Source: Balanoglossus misakiensis (Eukaryota > Animalia > Hemichordata). Taken from it: 64,000 nt of DNA. The stretch is taken from positions 10,200,190 to 10,264,189 of the forward strand of contig CM082584.2 in the NCBI GenBank assembly GCA_040954595.2, given 5' to 3'. Below the pieces are notes generated by a model. That model made no database searches. It was not told the DNA's origin and saw only the letters and a program-made list of their open reading frames with translations. Position numbers and translations under genes: made by a program. Positions 54,140 through 64,000 of the stretch are shown in pieces (position 1 is the stretch's first letter; each line of letters begins with the position of its first letter).

Positions 54140-54667
54140 ATGAACTTCAAGCATTTCTCTCCATCCCGATCGAGTATACGAGAGGCAAATGACCACTTAC
54201 AAGCTCTCTACAAAAGAGTCAATGACCTCGAGCAAACCGTCAAAGACCAGGCGGAATCCCTGATGAAACGAGATGAACAGATGCAAAGTGCTCTGAAACA
54301 AGTTTCCATGGAGAAAGACAAAGAAATAGCGGAGTTGAGAAGAACTTTGGAATCGTCAGAGTCGCACGTCCAAAGGATGTTGGCGTCGCAAAGAGAGAGA
54401 GACGCGCAGATAGCCAACCTGCAGCATAAATGCCAACTTCTTGAAGACATGTGCCAGTCGAAACCAATGCTGGAAAACTTGCTGGCGACCATCGAGAAAG
54501 CCAACAACTTCAAGACGAGCATTTCACCAATCAACTTTTCGCCGAACAGTACTTTACCCGACTCACCCGATCGACAATCAAGTGACATACTTCAGAGCAG
54601 CACAAAACATTTTTCGATTTCGGATATGGACGATGCCGACCCCAGCGAAGGGGGCAGGTCCAGCTGA
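54140..54667 (+). CDS. VMAC: Vimentin-type intermediate filament-associated coiled-coil protein homologue, 175 aa, single coding exon
   Basis: IREANDHLQALYKRV..LEQTVKDQAESL..RDEQ..KDKEIAELR..RDAQI..LLEDMC..KPMLENLL matches my recollection of the VMAC pattern (IREANAHL..AERTVHAQAE..KDREIATLQ..LLQDIC). Heptad coiled coil; AATAAA near 55231. Confidence 0.85.
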   Translation: MNFKHFSPSRSSIREANDHLQALYKRVNDLEQTVKDQAESLMKRDEQMQSALKQVSMEKDKEIAELRRTLESSESHVQRMLASQRERDAQIANLQHKCQLLEDMCQSKPMLENLLATIEKANNFKTSISPINFSPNSTLPDSPDRQSSDILQSSTKHFSISDMDDADPSEGGRSS

Positions 54668-55643
54668 GAAGATGATGGAGTTTGCAAAAAAAGAGGAAGC
54701 ATGATTATGATAGTTGCAGCTGACCAATCCCCATGTCTGTGATTCGTGTTATTTCCCTGGCTATAATATATTCAAAGTGAAATAGCCATCAGTAGAATGT
54801 AATATATACTCTTTTCATCTGGATGGTCGTCCACGTGTAACATGCGGCCACAGCTGCTGGTAACAGCTTACAGCACTTTATACCATCAGGGAACGAACCC
54901 AGGCCTTCTATGTCCTATGCTATAAACACTTCTGTACATTTCAGTGCAATATATCTGTACATGAGTTCTACAAACTTTTGTAAGTTAACTGTTTCACTGG
55001 GTATGAACACTAGTAAAAAGGGAAGGAAATATTACTTTTTGTGGGACCAATAAGATGACAGTTTTATGACAATATTTCACCAGGTGGTATTTTCCGATTT
55101 TTCTTCCAGAACTGTTTTGAAATACAAGTACATGTATACAAATGTCATATCAATGTCACCAGTTTGGGGTTATTATTCCAAATTTTATGTATTTGGATAT
55201 ATGGTGCCTTAATATTGTAATAAGGGGGCAAATAAAAAGTTATTTTCACTTCCCTGCGTGATTGTGTGTGATACTAGTTTCAATTTGACTGCAGTTTAAA
55301 AAAAAATAACAATAATCAAAAAAGTATCATGAACAAAAAATAATTGTGATGCAATTTGTCAAAGAGACAAAAATAATCATATTAATGTAAGAAGTTAGCG
55401 ACTTGTCCCTTTAATACTTTCCAGTCAACATGCCTTATGAACATCGTCATAAACAAAAGAATTTTCCAAGTATGGCTTGAGGACAGTCATGACATTTTTT
55501 CCGAGATAGAACTTAGAGTATCACACATTAGCACATAGTTCTTGTTTAAATGATACACAGCAAACGCCTATTTATATAAAATTCAAACTTTATTAAATGT
55601 GCTTGTAAATAAAGTATTACAAAATTTTATAGAAATTCCAGAA

Positions 55644-58152
55644 TTAAAAGACTTGAATAACTTGTGGCCATTCTCCTTCCTTCCATTGTCCGTTTTCCCG
55701 GACATTAGGTGGACTTCTTTTCCAATCCCATTCCACAACTCTTTTATTCCACTCCTTTCCATAATTTGCTTCGATGTAGGATTGTGTTTCGCAGGGAACC
55801 CTCACTTTCATTTCCAGAAATTCAGTCCAACAGAGGGTGAATTTGGGGAAGACATACCTGCAAGGGGAACAGTGTAGAGATATGCATATCACCATTGTTG
55901 GCTGTGGCAGTCATAAACTACACAACAGAAAGAAGGATTGAATGTAAAGTGTGGACTACACACATCCATTGACTCGCTATTCAGCACCACACCTACTTGA
56001 ATTTTTTACCAGTTCTGGCTTGCGTTCCACCATTCCACATGGTGTCACCTTCTTCATAGAAGAAAAACATGTCCAGCTTGATGTCTCCGCTCATGAAAGA
56101 CAACTCAAAACTGTCTTCTGTCTACAAGAGATCAAAACACACACAGCATTTGCTTATGGTTTACCTGACGTTAAAAGATGATCAGACTGAATCTCAAAGT
56201 TGTTATATACCTTGCCAAAGAGATGTTTCAGGTACAGCCCATTCCTTTCAAAGGTGGGTATCAGCCTAGTGTCGTAATCCTTGATCCAGATACCAAAGTC
56301 CACATCTTGGCTGTGCGCTATAGTGTTACACTCTCTGTACCATCCTGTGATGACAATGAGAAGACTCATAAAATGGACTCATTATCAATGGTGAATAGCC
56401 CTGTTTATCGGATCCCACACTGCACATGCTGAGGTGTATAATTCATTCATTTCACATAGGTAGTCATCAACGCCCGTTGACAATCTTTTTCCTGACAGGA
56501 TATTTTCAACTACAATACCCACCAAGACAAGTTCCGCTACTCAACCAAAATCTGACTCCAATCTTGTCAAGCAGTTCTTTGCCTCTCTTGAGCAGTCTCT
56601 TAGCTTTCATTCTAAAGAACTCAGCTTCCTCTGTGATGTCATCGCCATTCTCATCCAGGAATATCTTGGCCTGTCTGTAATTACACTCAATGAACTTGGA
56701 GTGTGGCAACTGTTCAAGGAAGATGCTTGGATCCCTAGGCATGTGAACGTAGACACCATCGATCTTGATTGGAGAAATTACCATTCTGAAAAAAAAAATC
56801 AGTGAAAGAAGTATGGCATTAGTTTCTTGTAGAGTATGTTGCAATAGGTCTACCTCAGAGCAAAACATCTCACTCCGACTGATGAGAAAAAAAACCAACA
56901 AGAGATAACAGACATACTTATCAAAAGCTCCAGAATTTCGACCAATCACAAGAGCCGTAGTATTGATCCCTGTTTTCATGTAAACTGTGTCCTCAACGTC
57001 CATTGGTCCATGCCACCAGTAGTTGTTGTTTCTCTCATAAAATATGGCAAGATGTATGATATGGCTTCTGCTGCTGTAGAATAGATAGTGGAGGGGGATT
57101 TCCTGAGCATGTAGACTGTTTACAGACAGAAGTCTGGGATCCTCCCCTGTGATCCGAGTCCAAGTGAAATCATTCTGTTCCAGGGCAGAGAAAAAATGTT
57201 CCTACAAAACAAATATGGCAAGAAACAATTCAGAAATGAAAGAAATGACATGAAGTTTGGAAATTTCTGGTACGTGTACTATAAATTATAACAGGGTGTT
57301 TACTCACCTGTTCTTTCCAATGTTTGTCTATCACTGCAAAGGTGGTCAGTTGTTTACTGTGGCACAGATATTTACACTGTCTGTCTGGATTTTGGTGTTT
57401 TCTCTGGGGATTTGCCACTCTACTGAGAATGACCGGTTCAAGAAGGAAGACTGGAATGTCGTGGGATGCTGTGATGCCCATAAATGTGCTTATTGTTCTC
57501 TGTGGACAAAAAGCAAGAACTTGTTTTTATCTTTATGGTGATCAGTCTTAAGTCTCATTGGTTATTGATCTTTTTCTCCAAGTTGGAATAATGTGGGAAA
57601 AGTTCTTCCTCAACAATATATACTTATGACAGTGTGCTGCGCTGTGGTGTCATGTAATGCAATGTGACATAGTATGTCATTGGTACTTACATATGAATTT
57701 GCAGCACTGGAGTTTTCCTGACTAACAAAGTATGATGCCATCCTGGCTCCAGACTGTGAGAACGTTTTGAGACCTTTACTACCAGACACCTGCTATATAT
57801 AAAGGAGATTATAAGTACAACACATGCCAAACTGAGAATTGGTGTGTTGCTAATAGTTAGCAATTTCACACCTTATCTTGTAGATTTCACTGGATTTGTC
57901 ATGTAACCTTTATTCTCTGAGGACAACGCAATGTATTCAATTAACACATCCTGATAATGACCCCCCCCCCCCATAGAGTTAAAAGGTTGTGCCCTTGGAT
58001 TGAGTGCCCTGGGTGTGAACCTGTGTGAAACCTACATGTTTGTTTGCATTTCCTGGGCGTTTTTGTCCAGCATATCCGTAGAAGTATATTTGCATGCACA
58101 TAAATATCACACTGATAACAAGCAACAAAATTAGAAGTCGAGTTCGCCTCAT
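55644..58152 (-). CDS. FKTN: Fukutin (ribitol-5-phosphate transferase), type II Golgi membrane protein
   Basis: Exons about 58152-58036 ([27 protein letters not shown] signal anchor), 57789-57691, 57499-57308, 57201-56919, 56785-56522, 56344-56211, 56119-55995, 55857-55644. LicD-type motifs [25 protein letters not shown] (DxD), [30 protein letters not shown]. Confidence 0.94.
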
Positions 58153-58639
58153 CGCATCCGATTGTAATCACATCAACTGGCATGTTACATGGAGAAACGT
58201 TGACTTGTCAGCTTGTGTACAACTATGGGGGTCGATTGTGGAGCACGGGGTCGATTTTAGACGGCGAAGCGCATCCCGATCTTGCTCCAGATGCTCACAA
58301 TTTACGTGAAAATATCAATGTGTACATCATGACGGTTTTTGAGCACGTAGATGCACGAGTGTACGTAGAGCATCCCAGGCCCAGGAAGATCTGGGCGGAA
58401 ATCACGACGAGAATGTTGAGGTTATGCGCTCACTACGACCTCGGCCATACAGAATTCAATGTATGATTCCTTTTTGGTGGTTAACTATGGACTGGTTCAA
58501 CACAATGGTCGGAGGCACGTGCACGCACGGGCACGTCGTAACGCCAAGTCAACACAACGCCCAGGCTGAGTGGTCTGGTGGAGTGCGTAAGTTTTTTTAA
58601 AGGAGCTGAGGGGTCTTGACACGACGCCAGTTCAAAAAA

Positions 58640-61600
58640 ATGGCGACGGACCCGAAGATCTTCCGGGAGTTTTGCCGGATAGTTTGCCTTTGTGTCGTGT
58701 GGTATGCTAGTAGTGCGGGACAGAATGTCATCGGGAAGAAAGTGTTGAACTATTTTCCATATCCTATCACAATTACGATGTCACATATGTTTTCCTTAGC
58801 GGTGTACTTGGGACCGGTGATAAAAACATGGAACGTTCCCGTTGGACCTCCCATAGACAGAAAGTACTTTTGGTGGGTGATAATTCCACTCGCCGTGGGA
58901 AAATTTTATTCTTCAGTGTCATCTCACTTTAGTATATGGAAAATGTCGGTGTCATATGCCCACACAGGTGAGTACTAGTATTTTCTACTAATTCTTGCCG
59001 CGAGAGTTTTTCCTCATCGAAACCGGAAGTACCGTAGGCCTGTGTGTTGACGTTGCTGGAGTTTGATACGTATGTTTACTACACTGGTAGTAACGATGAA
59101 ACGTGACGTCCGGGGGACCGGACGGTCCGTGACAGATTGTCCGTTGTTGTCAGGACATACGTGCTGGCTGAAACGTACGGCCTGGTCACATTTCAATCCC
59201 ACTACACCCTAAACTACCCTCATTAGTTTTCACGTTTCGAAAGAAATCATTTCTGAAGTGACGTATCGGTGGAGCTAGCTCGACTGTCACCTGCAGGGAA
59301 ATGTCATGGTACAGATTGCCATAGGTAGACTGGGAGGTCATTATGTGACACAGTCCTTAATTTATGGGGTCAATATGTTCAGTCGGTTCTCTTGTGTCTC
59401 TAGGGCTTCTTCAGCCACACCTGATGTTGCCATGGAGACCATGACAGTGGTAAAGGTTGCGTATGTTTCAGTACTTGACAATGTTTGATTGCAGGACAAT
59501 AATTATCCAACCTGGTTGAACATCACAAACTAAACTCTTGCCATATTCATGATCAACAATTTAAACACCTGTCAACAGGTGGTTTCAAGTTTTCGTCATA
59601 TTTATTAATTAAACAACTGGGCAGAAAAAGTCATGTCAATATAATATAATAAAATACAATAATAAAAAAATTCTATCAGAAAAATATAATAATCGTTGCT
59701 CTGTATGCTGTTATTGCAAATCATTGACAGTGAGATGTCAAATAAATACTGTGCACAACTGATGAAAGGCGGTTCACTGTATTATCAGAGATTAGGTGAC
59801 AAGCGTGTTTACGACGTCATTGCTCAGTGACATACCGGTATTTTGCTAGTGTACTCTGTGAATTACGGGGTGACTGGTGGCAACACATGTTCCTATCTAG
59901 CGAAACATGTTTTGTAGCATATATTAAATAAAGTCTTTCTTCCAAAGTGCCACAGAAATGGCGATTTTGCCACTTACCTATAATCATGGCAGGGTGGGGT
60001 GGAGGGGGGTTTAATAAAATAACTCCACATCAGGAAGGTGCCAGAGGCAGCCCCATTGTGTTCGATGGGCGGGGCATGTCTTGTCCTATTTACAGGAAAC
60101 CCACTATGACACAACCTTGACTCTACAAAGCCCTGTTGTTATGGGGTAGAGGATTTGGGATTTGTCACCATGGTTACCTATGGTTTTGGTGGATTTAATA
60201 TTGATTGCATTAAAAGATGTTTCGTTGACCACTATGTGTTTTTGAACTACACACACTGTAATACCTCTGTAACATGATTATTTTCATCAGATATCTGAAA
60301 TATTTTGTGTGTGTTTTATTTTGCAGTAAAAGCTATGATGCCTATATTTACAGTAACTTTATCAAGAATTATTTTAAAAGAAAGACAGACTGTAAAGGTA
60401 AGAGCATTGGAGATCTTTCTTCATCACATCACAGGAAGCATGCTTTAATTTAAGTTTGATGAGTGCCACGCCCCCTCCCCACCCTATGATACACAAACTG
60501 AGAAAATCCAATTCCATAACATTTTTCTTGTTGTTTATTTCATTCCAGGTGTATTTATCCCTAGTTCCAATTATTATAGGAGTTCTCTTAGCAACTATGA
60601 CAGAAATTTCATTTGACATGCTGGGATTACTTTCTGCTCTCTCAGCCACCATTGCATTTGCTATTCAAAATATTTACTCAAAAAAGGTAAGTTGTAGAAT
60701 TGGTCTGTTTTTGTCATCGCTCATAGGGACCTATAAATTCACCTGTATGTTATCGTCATCTTGGCTAAAGAAAGATTTTGAAAATTGATAAAAGTCTCAC
60801 TCAGTTCTGCTCAGCCGTTACACTGAGCTGTTTCCATGACAACTGATATTTCTGAGTAACACGACAGCATGAGATATGTATCAAAATCTGGGATGTAACC
60901 AAAGATGTGCCTTTTGGCACTTCTGAGTTCCATGTGTTTCCATGGAAATACAGTACAAAGCAAATCCAGAATAATCCCAGAAGTAATGCCAGTAAATACA
61001 TTGTTGTAAATGTTTAAGGGTTATTCACAATATGAAGTCATGATGTATGTGCTATGACTTGTTCAGTGTTTACATATGGAGTCCAGGTCCATACATTAAA
61101 ACACCATGAACAAAGAATCATACACATTCATATTTTAACATTTCTCTATGGGTATTTGTACCACTGTCACACATCTCATTCACCACTACAGTCTGTTTGT
61201 TTTACAATATTTTATTCCAGAATATTTGCATTAATATGAAGTGGCTTCCATTAATTGGCCATAATTTCCTGCCGTTGGGAAATTACTGAGCTATGTATCC
61301 ACCATATGGTCAACAGATTGCTGAGTTTTCATATTAATCAAAACAGGATTCGGAGAGATAAACTGTGTGTGACCCATTCTCCCCAAATTAGTTGTCACAA
61401 TGCAGACACTTTGGTACAAAGCTGGAAAACCATCCTGACTAAAAAAAAAAATTATTGTGGGAGACTTGAGTACTGATGGTGACAGGAATCAGCCCCACAG
61501 ATCAAATTATTCCTGTAGAGTAATGATAACAAATTATGGAAATGTGATCCATTGAAAACGTGAACTATGCAAACGCGATGTTATATTTGTCCAGACAGAA

Positions 61601-63423
61601 ATAGAATTAATCATTTGATCGCTGGCATCAAAGGTCTGAAATTGGGACCGTTTTGACCGCAGCGTGCACAACAGTTGTCATAGAAACTGTGAATGCAACT
61701 GTGTCGCGTAAACACTCGAAGGCAGAGTGCGTCGATGGTCTGGGATCTTCGTGGATGTTTTCAAAATTTATAGATATTTCAGTTCCCAGCAAAGGTCATT
61801 TTACATTGGTGTTGTAACAGCTGGTGTGTATGTGGGGAATGGGAGCTTTATGACGTGCATGGCCCAGTGTATTATGAATGATGCAAATGACGCAGAGCAT
61901 GTTGAAAATTTCCTCTGTTGAAGAGTGTCCAGCCAACAGCTGTGCTCTCATTTCGATGCAACTTTTTTGTCCTCCCTACTATTAATTTGACATACATACA
62001 TTTTATGACGGTTGGGTTGGACAGTGGAAGTTATATCTGACTCGAGACATCTTAGATTGATAAAACATAGGACAACATGGTTAATAATTTTGTGTCATGT
62101 TGATCTGCTATTTTTGTGTGTGTGTTTAAACTTATCCAAACATATCGAATTATGCAGGGTGTGCGATTTCTGTAGTATAATTTCACAGAAATTGTCACAA
62201 GAAACATGTTTAAATGGAAATGTTGTTGTATCCAGTGTAGTGTAGTGGACCTGTTTCCTATGTGTGTTTGTGGTGTTATTCTTTATTGACCCATCTGATG
62301 ATGTATATGCTGCAGACATATGGTTACATTGCACAAACAATAAGGTGTACTTTTCCTCCGGAAACATTGTATGATTATATAATTCACACCGTATTGTGTT
62401 TTATTTTATTTTTTCTGGGATTGTAGATTAATTGCCCACTTTTTTTCATCCCCAGGCACTCCGGGATACTGGGGTTCATCATTTGAGGTTGCTTCTAATC
62501 ATGGGCCAATTGACGTGCTGGGGTATGATTCCCATTTGGCTGCTCACAGATGTGCTGAGTATTCTAAATGATCAGACCATGGTGAGTTGATCCAGTACTG
62601 TCTCATATTCAGTGTTGAGTGACCCAGACATATAGCTCTGTATCTGTGGTTGCTGTCATCAGGAGTCATGTTTGTGTGCATTTTCGTTCTTTTGGATGAA
62701 AAAAATAATTACAGAACTGGTAGTAGATATTGACATTACGTGCTGTAGATCTGCATGAGTTATTTCATCAGTATGGAGATTAATCCCCAATCAGTAGACT
62801 TGTTACCATAAATCATACTAATCAGTGTGACTGATTGTTGATAACTGTTGAAACATAACATGAGGTGAAGAATTTTATCATTTGCTGTGGGATTTGTCCA
62901 GCTGTACATTGAATTTCGATAGCTAACCAAACATGTGGTAGTGAGAATCACAAATAAAATGGTGAGACATCCATCAAAGAATATGAATAACATGCATGAA
63001 ATATGTAGACTTTTATGGCGTGTCCTGAACTACAAAACACGCTGCCAGTATTTGGGAGATGGACCATAGCGCCCCCTAGAGTTTCAATCACTGCTTGGAT
63101 TGTAGCACGGAAGTTAGAACTCTTCAGAGTGGCCCTGTCAGAAATGAGCTAAAAAGAACTTTGATTTTTTGTTTATAGTTGCACTCCATAGAGTGGCTGC
63201 CAACAACATTCCTCATCTTGATGAGCGGATTTCTCAACTTCCTGCAAAACATCGTGGCGTTCAGCGTCCTGTCTTTGGTCAGCCCGCTCAGCTACTCGGT
63301 CGCCAACGCCACCAAGCGCATCATCGTCATCACGTCATCGCTGATCCTCCTCCACAACCCGGTCACGTTCTACAACATCATGGGCATGATGGTGGCCATC
63401 TTCGGAGTCCTGTATTACAACAT
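58640..63423 (+). CDS. SLC35E1: Solute carrier family 35 member E1 (triose-phosphate-translocator-like); last exon(s) unresolved or beyond the window
   Basis: Exons about 58640-58967, 60327-60397, 60549-60686, 62456-62581, 63179-63423. Sequences [89 protein letters not shown]. Confidence 0.93.
63067..63082. promoter_or_regulatory. CTCF-like motif in an SLC35E1 intron
   Basis: TAGCGCCCCCTAGAGT closely matches the reverse-complement CTCF core TAGCGCCCCCTAGTGG; motif match only. Confidence 0.35.
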
Positions 63424-64000
63424 GGTTAGTGTCCGCTGTCCTTTTTTTCTCACAGAGCTTGCAGGAACTTTTCGCCTGCCGTCAATCACAGGTCAAAGCA
63501 GTGTCGAGGGTCAAAGGTTAATGCATATTATTGATCCCTTGTAATTGTGCAGAGGGGATTTGAAATCACTATAGTTAGAAAAGTTTGCTCTGAATTCCTC
63601 AGTGTTTGACAGGTGAAGTGTGACTTGCTGAATTGTGTAAATCACATTATCCTGCTGGCTAGATAAAAACACTTAGCAGATTAACTTTTATGAGATGAAT
63701 TTTTTTTACATAAAATTGTAAAGTAAAATTTTCATAAATTAATGTGCGTCAAACTCGCTGCACAAATTCTACTCATTGTTTGCAGATTAACTTTGTGTAT
63801 TTTCAATTTTATGTTAACATTTATTTCAGGATTCACATTCTCTCTATATATATTGTCTTTGCTCTAGGTACAATTCATCCTGTATGTTTTTTTCTCGCGT
63901 GTAACTGTATGTCTGATTGATGACGTCTGTGTTTGTTCTAGACAAGTGAAGTGGTGGATCTATGTTTGATTTTTGCTGTGAATGGTCTCAGAGTTGAACA

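Noticed and set aside
54665-54742. Stop read-through extension of VMAC (EDDGVCKK...)
   Set aside because: TGA-G context is not a read-through motif; no supporting similarity.

Overview
Gene-dense, intron-containing invertebrate animal DNA (AT-rich, GT-AG introns); no prokaryotic, CRISPR, rRNA or tRNA features seen. Ten protein-coding loci were assembled by hand from splice sites: TYSND1 3' end (+), a 4-exon 117-aa secreted Cys-rich/PAN-like gene not resolved by the ORF track (-), OXCT1 (+), an alpha/beta-hydrolase with a multi-TM insertion (-), an SLC17/ACS-family MFS transporter (-), nardilysin NRDC (+), glycine decarboxylase GLDC (-, about 25.7 kb with six expanded 5' introns), a VMAC homologue (+), fukutin FKTN (-) and SLC35E1 (+, probably incomplete at the window end). 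The most unusual signals are the hidden secreted protein, the membrane-inserted hydrolase, complementary (GAT)n/(CAT)n microsatellites flanking the NRDC acidic exon, and hairpins, a 78-bp direct repeat and motif clusters inside the GLDC introns. Family calls come from recognising motifs by eye, not database searches. Exon coordinates were read manually and may be off by a few bases.
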